A DNA stretch of 64,000 nucleotides from an uncultured bacterium (lineage in GTDB: Bacteria > Zhuqueibacterota > QNDG01 > DTFT01). The notes under the pieces are model-generated. The model was not told the origin of the DNA. It ran no database searches and was given only the letters and a program-made list of their open reading frames with translations. Positions 10,791-21,184 of the stretch are shown piece after piece; positions within the stretch are counted from its first letter, which is position 1; each line of letters begins with the position of its first letter. Position numbers and translations under genes: made by a program. The DNA lies in contig CAVTNR010000009.1 in NCBI GenBank assembly GCA_963736115.1, positions 64,001-128,000 of the forward strand. Reading direction: 5' to 3'.

Positions 10791-10855
10791 TAATGTAATA
10801 TACTCATTATCCAGAAGCAGACAGCTGAACTGAACCATCCCTCTCCACGATCGAG

Positions 10856-13071
10856 GTGCGCATGGCGGTGAGTTCGACGGAAAAGGAAACGGCATTACTG
10901 GATGAGGTGATCAAGGATTTCCGGATCGCCATGAAAAACAGCCTCATGTATGTGGCGAACCACCCCATCTGCATTCATTCCATCGACAACCTCAAAAACA
11001 CACTGGCCAAGTGGTTTCAGCTCCATTCCGGGCTTGAGTTCGGCATCTCCTCCGGTCAGATCTTCTATCAGGACAAGCCCATCCGCGAGAAGGACGAGGT
11101 CCACGCGGAAATGGCGCGGTTCCTGCATCTCCGCGGCATCATCGGCCTCGCCATCGAATCGGGTGTCGACACGGGCGAATTGCAGCAATTTTTCGGGCTC
11201 GTCCGCCAGGACCGCAAGGCCATCCAGGCCGCGGGCGGCATCCGCAAGAGCATCCCCCAGGGCGGCCACATCCAGGTCAAGGAAATCGATTACTCCAGCC
11301 TCCTCCAGAGCGCTTATCAGGGCGGCACGGCCACGGAAGAGGGAAAAATCTGGCAGTTCCTGTTCAACATCGCCGAGGAGAGCAAATCGGGCGAACTGCC
11401 GCCGTCCAAAATGGAATTTCTGAACGACTTCTTCAAGGACTCGAAGCGATCCGCCAAGGCTTTGAACAAGGTGTACCGCGACGCGATGTCCCAGATGCAG
11501 GACGACAACGCCGCGCAGGACATCCGGGGGGCCATGGGCCAGATCTGCTCGTACCTCGAGAAAAACTCCTCCGAAGACGCCAGGGAGCTCAAGGTCAAGC
11601 TGATGAATGTCATCTCCCAGCTGCATCCGGACCTGATCGAGACCCTGTTCGAGCGCGCGACCGACGAGACCGGCGGATACGACCTGGTGGAGTCGATCAC
11701 CAAGGACTTCTCCGAGGACTACATCGCCGAGTTCATCGAATCGCTGATCAGCAGCGAAGACACGTTCAACGAGAACCTGCTCAAGGTGTTCGACAAGCTG
11801 GCCCCCGGCCAGACGAAGGCCAACAACGTGGTTTCGATGGTGGCGGACCGCCTGTTCCGCAAACGCGTCATCAATCCCGACACGCTCTCGGCGCTGCAGA
11901 TGTCCATCATGGAGATCTTCCGCAAGCACCCCGAGAGCGATTTCATGAACCAGATCTACAAGATCACCGTCGATGCGGTCATGAACAAAAAGATGGACAC
12001 GCTGGTGTACATGGCCCGACTGTCGCCGATGATCAACAAGTTCGTCCAGTCCATGGAGGGCGAACAGCTCAACACGGAAAAAATCTGGCTGCTGCTCAAC
12101 ATTCTCTGGCTCGAAAACAACCCCGAGGAGTTCAGTAAGTTCGCCGGCACGCTTGTGTCCGCGATGCCGGGCCTGCTCGACAACAAGGACATCGTCCACA
12201 TCCGCGAGATCGTGGAGTTTTTCACCGAAAAGATCAGGCCCGAGCAGCGGAAAACACGAAGCTGGGCGCCGAGATCCGCGACGCGCTCAGCCGCATCACG
12301 AACAAGAAGACCATCGACAGCATCATCTCCGTCATCCCCGAAGCCACGCAGAAGGACCTCGAGGACATCGTCTACACCCTCATCCGGTCCGAGGCCGAAT
12401 GCGCCCGGACCCTGGTGGACGCCTTCATCGCCGAGCGCAATCCGGCCCACCGGCATAAGTTCTGGTTCATCTTCTCGATGATGAAGAACGAGGTGACCCG
12501 CGAGGCGGTGAACCGGCTGGAGTACGGCGAGCCGAACCTGGTGAAGGACCTGTTCCTGATCCTGAAGGAATGCGATCCGAAAAAAGCGCACCTGGCCGCG
12601 AAGAAATACATCAGCCACAAGAACGCCCAGGTCCGATGGGAAGCGCTCGACGCGCTGGACCCGAAATCGCCCGAAGAAACGGAAGCCGTGGTCAAAATCT
12701 ACCGGCGCGAAAAAAACCGCTCCGTGAAGAAGAAGGCCGGGTCCGTGATCCTGCGCACCGGGAATCCCGATTCGATCGGGTGGATGTTCGCGTCCTGCGA
12801 GAAGGACGTTTTCCATCCGGACAACCTGCCGGAACTGGTCGAATTGTGCGGCCAGGCGCGGGCCGAGGCCGCCTTGCCGCACCTGCAGCGGCTGTACCGG
12901 AAGCCGCCCCTCTTTTATTTCGGGAACCGGGAGGATCTGCGGTCCGCGCTGATCACCAGCGCCGGACGCCTGAAAACCGCCGACGCGCTCGAACTGGTCC
13001 GCCTGGGGCTGAAAGACAAGAACCGCCGCGTCCGCGAAACGAGCGAAATCATCATGAAACTCGACGAATAA
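10856..13071 (+). CDS. HEAT-repeat domain protein; one-base frameshift near 12252
   Basis: ORF 10856..12481 joins the frame of ORF 12415..13071 if one A is added to cggaaaacacg (RKNTKLGAEIRDAL). C-terminal HEAT-like repeats HKNAQVRWEALDAL and DKNRRVRE. Confidence 0.75.
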
Positions 13072-13098
13072 ACCGTTCGTCCCATCCGGAGTCTTTCC

Positions 13099-14520
13099 AT
13101 GACGGATCCCATTCAGAACCGAATCGACATCGAGGAATTCATCACCTGCCTGGCGCGCGCCATGCAGATGTCCCAGGTCTACGGAGACAGCCACGACCTC
13201 ACGACCGAGGCCATGGACCGCCTGCTCGACCGCCTCAAGGCCCTGCAGTCCGACCGGGACGAAGTCACTATCGGCATCATCGGAGACGAGCTGGCCTACG
13301 GGAGCCAGCCCCTGTTCGATTACAGCCAGAACAAGAAAACCTTCATCCAGTTCCTCAAGAGCCGGGGCGTCAAGAAAATCACGTTCGCCCGGGGCGTCGA
13401 GAAAACCGAGGCCGCGAAAGCCGTCCGCCTCCTGATCACGAAAAACCAGAAGATCGAAACCATGGAGGACGCGCGGGCCGCCCTTTCGGCCGCGGGCATC
13501 CGGCACATCGCGCTCGGCGACCTCCGGCCGGCCGAAGAGGAAACGGTCGAAAAAATCCGGCCGGAATCGACCCGCCGCAAGACATTCCGCAGCTACAACC
13601 AGAGCATCGAATTCCTCACGCAGACCTTTCAGGATCTGAAGACCAACCAGAACCTCAACGTCGACAGCGCGCGCCAGATCGTCGAAGGCCTGATCAAGAA
13701 CATGCTCCAGAACAAGAATCTGCTGCTCATTCTGTCCTCGATCCGCGGGCACGACGAAAACCAGTTCATGCACGGCGTGAACGTGGCGATCTTCACTCTG
13801 CTGCAGGCGGAGGTGCTGGGCCTCGAGGAAAAATACCTGATCGACATGGGGATGGCCTCCCTTCTGCACGATGTCGGCAAGCTGGCCGTGTCGCGCGACC
13901 AGCTCCAGGATCTGGAGGGCAAGACCCGGACCGAATGGACGCCCGAGGACGAGAAGATCGTCATGACCCAGGACATCGCGGGCGCCAAGATTCTGCTCGA
14001 AACCGAGGGTATTCCGGTGCTGGCCGCCATCGTCGCCTTCGAGCACGGTATGCGGTACGACATGAAAGGTCCCCAGCGGAAAATCTACGGAAAATCGCTG
14101 AACCTGATCAGCATGATGCTGTCCATTTCGGACGCCTACGACAAGCTCCGCCGGAAGCCGGCCTATTACGAGGAGGGCGGTCCCGAAAAGGCCTACGAGG
14201 AGATGATGTCCGAATCCAACAAATTCTTCCACCCGGACCTGCTGGAAAACTTCTTCAGCGCGATCGGCGTCTTTCCGCCGGGGACCCTGGTGGAGCTGGA
14301 TTCGGGCGAAGTCGGCCTGGTCATCCAGTCGAGCATGCTGGACAAACGCCGGCCGCAGGTTGAAATCATCTACGACAGCACGGGCACGCGTTACCCCGAA
14401 CCCCGCATCGTCAACCTGGTCGAGAAGGACAAGCGCGGGCAGTACAAGCGTTCCATCGTCCGCTCCATCCCCCCCATGGGGCAGTTTGAAATTCCGGAGA
14501 AGTACAAACCCGAATCATGA
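13099..14520 (+). CDS. HD-GYP-like domain protein, degenerate
   Basis: HGVNVA, LLHDVGK, DAYD and GVFPPGTLVELDSGE; EHGMRYDMKGPQ replaces the canonical HHERxDGxGYP. Confidence 0.85.
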   Translation: MTDPIQNRIDIEEFITCLARAMQMSQVYGDSHDLTTEAMDRLLDRLKALQSDRDEVTIGIIGDELAYGSQPLFDYSQNKKTFIQFLKSRGVKKITFARGVEKTEAAKAVRLLITKNQKIETMEDARAALSAAGIRHIALGDLRPAEEETVEKIRPESTRRKTFRSYNQSIEFLTQTFQDLKTNQNLNVDSARQIVEGLIKNMLQNKNLLLILSSIRGHDENQFMHGVNVAIFTLLQAEVLGLEEKYLIDMGMASLLHDVGKLAVSRDQLQDLEGKTRTEWTPEDEKIVMTQDIAGAKILLETEGIPVLAAIVAFEHGMRYDMKGPQRKIYGKSLNLISMMLSISDAYDKLRRKPAYYEEGGPEKAYEEMMSESNKFFHPDLLENFFSAIGVFPPGTLVELDSGEVGLVIQSSMLDKRRPQVEIIYDSTGTRYPEPRIVNLVEKDKRGQYKRSIVRSIPPMGQFEIPEKYKPES

Positions 14521-16283
14521 CGCTTTCCTCCAAAACAGCGGCCGTCATCGCCGCCTTCGGGGCCGGCTGGGCCTGCCTTGCGGCCGCCGGCCTGTGGCTC
14601 GGGGTTCCGGCATGGGCGATTCTGCTCTCGGCCCTTCCGTCCGCCGCCGCCGCGGGCTTGACCGTATCACGGATGGTCCGGCGGCCGCTGGAACGCCTCC
14701 TCCAGGCGGCCGAGATCGCGGCCAACGGCGACTGGAGCGTTCCGATCGAGGTCCGGGGAGAGGACGAGACCGGCCGGCTGGCGAAATGCCTGCTTACCCT
14801 CACCGAGGAGCTGAGGCGCAAAAGCGATTCCACGGACGCGCTCGGCGCCGAAACGACCCACCGCCGCGAAACGGAACGCGAACTCCGCGAACGCGAGGAG
14901 TACTACCGGAGGCTGTTCGAATACTCGAATGACGCGGTGTTCATCACGGACTTCGACGGACGCATCCTCGAAATCAACAACAAGGCCTGCGCCATGCTCG
15001 GAACCACGCGGGAGGAGCTCCTCCGGATCCCGTTCATGGACCTCCAGCTTGCCGAGGAGACCGGCCGCTCGAAAGCCGCCTACAAGACCGGAACGCAGAC
15101 CGGCTCAATCCGCTACGAAACCCGCTTCAAGGCCGGCGACGGCGAACCGATCGATGTTGAGGTCAGCGCCAGCATCGTCGAGATGAAGAAGGGCATTCTG
15201 CAGAACATCGTCAGCAACATCACCGAGCGCAAGGAGGCCGAGCGGAACCTCCGCGAATCGGAGGAAAAATTCCGCACCTTCATGGAAACGGCCAGCGACC
15301 TGATGTTCATCACCGACGCCGAGGGCCGCTTCAGCTGGATGAACCAGGCCATGCTTTACACGTTGGGATACGCCCGGGAGGAGCTGATCGGCGTCCCCTT
15401 CGCGGAGGTGCTGGACCGGGACCATCTGGAATCCGCGCGCATGAAGCGGCGACAGTTCGTCGAGTGGGGCGAAAACATTCACCAGCTCGTCTGGGAGACC
15501 AAGACCCGGAAAAAGATACACGGCGAAATGAAGACGACCGCCATTTACGACAACGACGGCAAGTTCCGCGGACTCCGGGGCGTCTTCCGGGACGTGACCG
15601 AGCGGAAAAAGGTCGAGGAATCCCAGCGCCTGGCCGAGCTGGGAAAGCTGGCCTCCGACATGGCCCACGAGGTCAACAACCAGATCGCCGTGATCGCCAC
15701 TCGGGCGGCCGTAGCGAAAATGCGCAAAAACGCGCCCGGTGAGGTCGACAAGGACCTGTCCGTGATCGTATCGCAGTGTGAGCAGGTCAAGGACATCGTC
15801 AAACGGCTGCTGATGTTCTCAAAACCGAGCCGGGGCGACTTCCGCCCGCAGAATCCGGCGGATGCCCTCCACCTCGTCGTCCAACTTCTGGAAGACCAGT
15901 TCCGCAAGCACAATGTGATCCTCGAAACGCGGATCGAGTCCGGACTCCCTCCCGTCCGAATGGACGAGAAACAGATGCAGGAGGTGTACATGAACCTCCT
16001 GCGAAACGCGTTCGAGGCCATGCCGGATGGCGGCGCGATCACCGTCACCGCGGCTCCGGACGGGGACACGGTCCGCATCGATTTCGAGGACCAGGGAACC
16101 GGGATCTCCGAAGCCGACATGGCCCGTGTGTTCGACCCCTTCTTCACGACGAAAGAGAACGGCACCGGACTCGGCCTGTCGGTCTGCTACGGCATCGTCC
16201 AGGCGCACAAAGGGGATCTCAAGTACAGAAGCCGCGCCGGCAAGGGCACTACAGCGACGCTGATTCTTCCCTCCGCGGACTGA
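14517..16283 (+). CDS. Membrane sensor histidine kinase (HAMP, two PAS, HisKA, HATPase)
   Basis: Two TM segments; HAMP (GEDETGRLA); two PAS domains; H-box AHEVNN; NAFEAM, DQGTGI, FDPFFTTK, GTGLGL. Confidence 0.93.
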   Translation: MTLSSKTAAVIAAFGAGWACLAAAGLWLGVPAWAILLSALPSAAAAGLTVSRMVRRPLERLLQAAEIAANGDWSVPIEVRGEDETGRLAKCLLTLTEELRRKSDSTDALGAETTHRRETERELREREEYYRRLFEYSNDAVFITDFDGRILEINNKACAMLGTTREELLRIPFMDLQLAEETGRSKAAYKTGTQTGSIRYETRFKAGDGEPIDVEVSASIVEMKKGILQNIVSNITERKEAERNLRESEEKFRTFMETASDLMFITDAEGRFSWMNQAMLYTLGYAREELIGVPFAEVLDRDHLESARMKRRQFVEWGENIHQLVWETKTRKKIHGEMKTTAIYDNDGKFRGLRGVFRDVTERKKVEESQRLAELGKLASDMAHEVNNQIAVIATRAAVAKMRKNAPGEVDKDLSVIVSQCEQVKDIVKRLLMFSKPSRGDFRPQNPADALHLVVQLLEDQFRKHNVILETRIESGLPPVRMDEKQMQEVYMNLLRNAFEAMPDGGAITVTAAPDGDTVRIDFEDQGTGISEADMARVFDPFFTTKENGTGLGLSVCYGIVQAHKGDLKYRSRAGKGTTATLILPSAD

Positions 16284-16399
16284 GCGCCGGTCCGTTCAAT
16301 CGGGCGGCCATAAGCCTGTTGATTCTGGTTCCAATTTTTCTGGATGATCGGAGATTTGGCTTCTGGCCGCTCCGGCGGGTCTGATTCCCCCGGTCCCGT

Positions 16400-16480
16400 C
16401 CCGCTGCGCGGGATCAATCGACAGATTCCGGTTATTGAAGACGATGCGGGATCAAGCGGCAGACGCCGGCTATTGAAGGC
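16400..16480 (+). repeat. Two tandem copies (38-bp period) of the GCGGGATCAA...TATTGAAG module
   Basis: gcgggatcaatcgacagattccggttattgaagac and gcgggatcaagcggcagacgccggctattgaaggc; same ends as the module nested in the MITE copies. Confidence 0.55.
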
Positions 16481-16561
16481 ATCGCCGGACCCAGCAATGA
16501 GATTTGTTCGTTATTGAAGGCCCGCCGCGAGCGGCGGGGTCATTCATCCCGGGGACACCGC

Positions 16562-18349
16562 ATGGCCCAATCCGTTCCGGATCATCAGGATCTCGAAGTC
16601 ATTGTCCAGCACAGCGGCGACGGCCTGCTGGTGGTCGACGAGGACGGCCTCATCCGCTTCCTCAATCCGGCCGCGGCCGCCTTTCTCGGCAAACCGGCCG
16701 CCGATCTCATCGGCCGGCCCTTCGACCATCCCCACCGCCCGGGGCCGCCTGTTGAGATCTCCATTGTCCGCGGCAACGGCAAGCCCGGCGTCGGAGAACT
16801 CCATGCCGTGGACATCCCGTGGCAGGGAAAGGCCGCCCGCCTGGTGTCCATCGGGGACTTCTCCGAGCGCGCCCTCTTCGACCGCCTGCAGGACGACTTC
16901 ATCAGCAATGTCTCGCACGAGCTCCGCACGCCCCTCACGGCCATCCGCGAGGCGGTGTCGCTGATGCGAGACGGCATCCTGGGATCCGTCACCGATGAGC
17001 AGGTCAAATTTCTCACCATGTGCATCCGAAACGCGGACCATCTCCGGAGAATCGTCGATACGATCCTCGACATCTCCAAGATCGAGGCCGGCCGGATCCG
17101 CATGGCGAAGAAGAACTGCGCGCTCACGGAAATCGTCCAGGCCGTGGTCGAGGCCTTTCAGCCGGTCGCGGCCCGCAAGGGACTGTCCCTCGGTCTCAGT
17201 CCCGGGGCGGATCACGCGCAGGTGTTCGCCGACCGGGACCGCATCACGCAGGTGCTGAACAACCTGATCGGCAACGCGATCAAATTCACGTCCTCCGGCG
17301 CAATCGCCGTGTCGGTCGAGGCATCGGACGGACAGGCGGTCTGTTCCGTGTCCGACCCCGGGCGGGGCATCGCCGAAGAAGATCTACCGAAGGTGTTCGG
17401 GAAATTCCAGCAGTTCGGCGCTCTCGCCGATCCGGCCAACAAGGGCACCGGCCTGGGGCTGGCCATCTCGCGCGAAATCGTGCGGCTGCACGCCGGCGAC
17501 ATGTCCGTCCGGAGCGTTCTCGGGCAGGGCAGCACCTTCTCGTTCACCCTTCCCGTATACCGCCCCGAACTGGAGGTGCATGATCACATCGGCGCCCGGA
17601 TAGCCGATTCGAAGAATCCGTTCCTCCTCTTCTGCGTCCACCTGAACGATCCGGCGCCCATCATCAAAGCCGCCGGGCCGGAATGGCTCGACAAGGTCGC
17701 GCACCGCATCCACCGCACACTCGAGCCGGGTTTCCGCTCAGTCTCCGCCCTGCGGCTCGAGCCCGACCGCATTTTTCTGACCCTGGAGGCCCCGCAGGCC
17801 GGCGGCATGCCGGCGCGCCGCCGCCTGCTCCGCGGCGTCAAGGAGACCTTCTTCAATATGGGAGTTGACGACGAGACGGATTTCTCGTACGGCATCGCGG
17901 CCTACCCGCGCGACGGTGAATCGCCCGAAGCCCTGGCCGCGGCCTGCGCGGGCGGCCTGGTCCGCGAGCAGACCGAACGGCTCGACCAGACCATTCTCAT
18001 CGTAGATGACGAAAAGGCCCTCACCGAGGCCACGCAGATGCTGCTCGAAATGTTCGGGTACCGGAGCATCCAGATCGCGCACAGCGGCATGGACGCTTTC
18101 GAGGTGCTCAAGCGCACGATTCCCGGCCTCATCATCCTGGACATGAAAATGCCCGGCATGAGCGGACATGAGGTGATCGGCCGGCTGAAGGAGTCGCACG
18201 AGACGAAGGATATCCCCATCCTGATCATGTCGGGCTTTGAAGTGGAGATCGGGCGGTTTCTGGAGTACATCAACCGCAAGGCCATCCTGACGATCAACAA
18301 GCCGGCGGAGCCGGAAATCCTTCGCAAGATGGTGTACTATTTAATCTAG
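16562..18349 (+). CDS. Hybrid histidine kinase (PAS, HisKA, HATPase, degenerate GGDEF-like domain, REC)
   Basis: SHELRTPL, NAIKFT, GTGLGLAI; GGDEF-like fold with RLEPDRIF and FSYGIAAYPRDG; REC ILIVDDE...LDMKMPG...KP. Start taken as ATG 16562. Confidence 0.9.
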   Translation: MAQSVPDHQDLEVIVQHSGDGLLVVDEDGLIRFLNPAAAAFLGKPAADLIGRPFDHPHRPGPPVEISIVRGNGKPGVGELHAVDIPWQGKAARLVSIGDFSERALFDRLQDDFISNVSHELRTPLTAIREAVSLMRDGILGSVTDEQVKFLTMCIRNADHLRRIVDTILDISKIEAGRIRMAKKNCALTEIVQAVVEAFQPVAARKGLSLGLSPGADHAQVFADRDRITQVLNNLIGNAIKFTSSGAIAVSVEASDGQAVCSVSDPGRGIAEEDLPKVFGKFQQFGALADPANKGTGLGLAISREIVRLHAGDMSVRSVLGQGSTFSFTLPVYRPELEVHDHIGARIADSKNPFLLFCVHLNDPAPIIKAAGPEWLDKVAHRIHRTLEPGFRSVSALRLEPDRIFLTLEAPQAGGMPARRRLLRGVKETFFNMGVDDETDFSYGIAAYPRDGESPEALAAACAGGLVREQTERLDQTILIVDDEKALTEATQMLLEMFGYRSIQIAHSGMDAFEVLKRTIPGLIILDMKMPGMSGHEVIGRLKESHETKDIPILIMSGFEVEIGRFLEYINRKAILTINKPAEPEILRKMVYYLI

Positions 18350-18360
18350 GAGGAAACGCC

Positions 18361-18738
18361 ATGCCCAAGATACTGATCGCAGACGATGATCCGGACATTC
18401 TCGCCACGCTCGAGATACGGATGAAAGCCAACGGCATCCAGGTCGTGACTGCTTCGGACTGCAACCAGGCGATCAAGCTCGCCTACGCGGAGCAGCCCGA
18501 CCTGATTCTCATGGACATCAAGATGCCGTCGATCGGCGGAATCGCGACGCTGGACAACATGAAGATGTACGCGAGGACCAAGAATATCCCCGTGATATTC
18601 ATCACGGCGTTTCCGGGTCAGGAAGTGCGGGAAAAAGCCATGGAACTCGGCGCGACGGACTTCATCGCCAAGCCCTTCGATTCCGAAGAGCTGATCGCGA
18701 AGGTGAAGAAGATTCTGAAAATGGACATGGACGGCTGA
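18361..18738 (+). CDS. Single-domain response regulator (REC)
   Basis: ILIADDD, PDLILMDIKMP, FIAKPF; RBS AGGAGG. Confidence 0.95.
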   Translation: MPKILIADDDPDILATLEIRMKANGIQVVTASDCNQAIKLAYAEQPDLILMDIKMPSIGGIATLDNMKMYARTKNIPVIFITAFPGQEVREKAMELGATDFIAKPFDSEELIAKVKKILKMDMDG

Positions 18739-18798
18739 CCGGCTCCTCCCAGCCCCGGACATCGGCCTCATGCCGGCCGCGGCCGGTTCCGTCCCTCT

Positions 18799-19533
18799 TC
18801 AGGCCAGGCCGGGCGACAGCCGTTCGATGAAACGCTCCCGCTGGTTCAGAAAATCGCGGGTGACCCGGTATTGCTCGGTTTCCTCGTAGGCAAGGAGTCG
18901 CGCGGGGACCGCGTCGAAGCAGTAAATCACCGCGCCCGGGCAGGAAAGCAGGATGGGCGAATGAGTGGCGGCCACGAACTGGGCGTCCCCCCGGGCCGCG
19001 GCCCGGATCAGGAGCCGGAGGAGGCGGATCTGGTTTTTGGGTGAAAGCGCGGTCTCCGGCTCGTCCAGAAGGTACAATCCGCGGCGGCTGGTCCGCGACT
19101 CGAAGAACGAGAGCAGCGACTGGCCGTGCGACTGTTCCAGCAGAGATTTCCCGCCGAAATATTCCAGCATCCCCGGATCCGCGTGCGCCCACTCGTCCAG
19201 GATCTCCGCGAAATGCTGAAACAGCTGGGATGAGAAAAAGGATCCCGGCACTGTTCCCTCCGTCCATTCCGGCCGCACCACGCGGTGCAGATCATTCTCG
19301 TACCGGTTGGTCCGGAAGCGCGTGCGTTCGCCGTTCTCCCAGATATGGATGCCGCAGGACCGGGCCATGGCTTTAAGCAGGGTCGATTTCCCGGAACCGT
19401 TCTCGCCGGTGAAAAACGTGACGGCAGTCGGAAATTCCACGGATTTCAGCTGACGGAACGCTTCCAGATTGAAGGGATACCATTCGGAAGTGGGGAATTT
19501 TTCCCGGTCGATAAAGATCCTTCTGACATGCAT
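18799..19533 (-). CDS. AAA_21/ABC-type ATPase (COG3910-like)
   Basis: Walker A GENGSGKST, SHGQS signature, Walker B LYLLDEPE, ATHSPIL. Confidence 0.9.
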   Translation of the reverse strand: MHVRRIFIDREKFPTSEWYPFNLEAFRQLKSVEFPTAVTFFTGENGSGKSTLLKAMARSCGIHIWENGERTRFRTNRYENDLHRVVRPEWTEGTVPGSFFSSQLFQHFAEILDEWAHADPGMLEYFGGKSLLEQSHGQSLLSFFESRTSRRGLYLLDEPETALSPKNQIRLLRLLIRAAARGDAQFVAATHSPILLSCPGAVIYCFDAVPARLLAYEETEQYRVTRDFLNQRERFIERLSPGLA

Positions 19534-19743
19534 GGGTCGGCTCCTCTTAAACCATTGAAAGTTATTGCGATAAACGTAAATGTCAAGAAAAAATTCCCGT
19601 GAAATCGAAAATATTCCTGTTTTGACGAATATTTTAGCTGGATATTCGCCTATTAATGAAAAATATTGATTTTTTCGAATTTTTATCTTATATTTTTCCC
19701 TTTAATACCCGCAAATTTCACTCTTATAGATGAGGGGAATCCC

Positions 19744-21105
19744 ATGTCCAGTTTCGTCAACGATGTGATGGCCGAAGTCAAGGCGAAAAATCCGGCCGAG
19801 CCCGAGTTTCACCAGGCCGTTCAGGAAGTCGCCGAATCCGTTGATCTGGTTTACGAGCGTCATCCCGAATACCGCGCCGCGAAAATTTTCGAACGCATCA
19901 TCGAGCCGGAGCGCCTCATTATGTTCCGCGTCGCATGGACGGACGACCGTGGCGAGGTCCGGATCAACCGGGGATTCCGCATCCAGATGAACAGCGCCAT
20001 AGGCCCGTACAAGGGCGGCCTTCGCTTCCATCCGTCGGTGACGCTCGGCATCCTGAAATTCCTCGCATTCGAGCAGGTGTTCAAGAACAGCCTCACGTCC
20101 CTGCCCATGGGCGGCGCCAAGGGCGGATCGGATTTCGACCCGAAGGGCAAGAGCGACAGGGAAGTCATGCGGTTCTGCCAGAACTTCATGAACGAGCTGT
20201 ACCGTCACATCGGACCGGACACGGACGTGCCCGCCGGGGACATCGGCGTGGGCGGCCGGGAAATCGGGTATCTCTACGGACAGTATAAAAAGCTCGTGAA
20301 TGAATTCACCGGCGTGCTCACCGGAAAAAGTCTCAGCTGGGGCGGCTCCCTGATCCGTCCCGAAGCCACCGGATACGGCGCCGTCTACATGGCATCCGAG
20401 ATGCTCGCGACGCGTTCCGAAACGCTGAAGGGCAAGGCCTGCCTGGTCTCCGGGTCGGGCAACGTGGCCCAGTACACCGTCGAAAAACTGCTCCAGTTCG
20501 GGGCCAAACCCGTGACTCTGTCCGACTCCAACGGGTATATCTATGACGAGGCGGGAATCGACGCGGAGAAGCTGAAGTTCGTCATGGACCTGAAGAACGT
20601 CCGCCGCGGCAGGATCAAGGAATACGCGGACAAGTACAAGAGCGCGGTGTTCACGCCCATCGATCCCAAGCAGGACTTCAACCCGCTGTGGAACCACAAG
20701 GCCCAGTGCGCGTTCCCGAGCGCCACGCAGAACGAGGTCAGCCGGAAAGACGCCGAGAACCTGGTGAAGAACGGCGTTTATGTGGTCAGCGAAGGCGCGA
20801 ACATGCCCACGGTCGCGGAGGGCGTCACCGTTTTCCTGGACAAGAAAATTCTGTACGCGCCCGGCAAGGCGGCCAATGCCGGCGGCGTGGCCGTGTCGGG
20901 TCTCGAGATGTCGCAGAACAGCATGCGCCTGCCCTGGCCCCGCGAGGAAGTGGACAGCCGGCTGCAGCAGATCATGAAGAACATCCACAAGACCTGCGTG
21001 GAAACGGCTGAGCGGTTCGGCACGCCGGGCAATTACGTCAACGGCGCGAACATCGGCGGATTCCTCAAGGTCGCGAACGCCATGCTCGACCAGGGGATCG
21101 TGTAA
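19744..21105 (+). CDS. gdhA: NADP-specific glutamate dehydrogenase
   Basis: GPYKGGLRFHPSV, LPMGGAKGGSDFDP, DVPAGDIGVG, RPEATGYG, GSGNVA, KAANAGGV. Confidence 0.95.
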   Translation: MSSFVNDVMAEVKAKNPAEPEFHQAVQEVAESVDLVYERHPEYRAAKIFERIIEPERLIMFRVAWTDDRGEVRINRGFRIQMNSAIGPYKGGLRFHPSVTLGILKFLAFEQVFKNSLTSLPMGGAKGGSDFDPKGKSDREVMRFCQNFMNELYRHIGPDTDVPAGDIGVGGREIGYLYGQYKKLVNEFTGVLTGKSLSWGGSLIRPEATGYGAVYMASEMLATRSETLKGKACLVSGSGNVAQYTVEKLLQFGAKPVTLSDSNGYIYDEAGIDAEKLKFVMDLKNVRRGRIKEYADKYKSAVFTPIDPKQDFNPLWNHKAQCAFPSATQNEVSRKDAENLVKNGVYVVSEGANMPTVAEGVTVFLDKKILYAPGKAANAGGVAVSGLEMSQNSMRLPWPREEVDSRLQQIMKNIHKTCVETAERFGTPGNYVNGANIGGFLKVANAMLDQGIV

Positions 21106-21128
21106 CCTTTCTTCTGTCCGTGGAATCG

Positions 21129-21166
21129 AAACCTCCCGGAGGCTCCGAGCCTCCGGGAGGTTTTTT
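21129..21166 (+). terminator. Rho-independent terminator after gdhA (AACCTCCCG palindrome family)
   Basis: aaacctcccggaggctccgagcctccgggaggtttttt: GC stem followed by a U-tract. Confidence 0.75.
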
Positions 21167-21184
21167 GCTCAAGGAGACCTTCCG

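Noticed and set aside
16400-16480. Mini CRISPR array
   Set aside because: Only two imperfect units, short variable middles and no cas genes; matches the MITE-nested module instead.
18799-19533. Anti-phage defence system built on the AAA_21 ATPase
   Set aside because: Solitary gene with no partner nuclease, TOPRIM or RT nearby.
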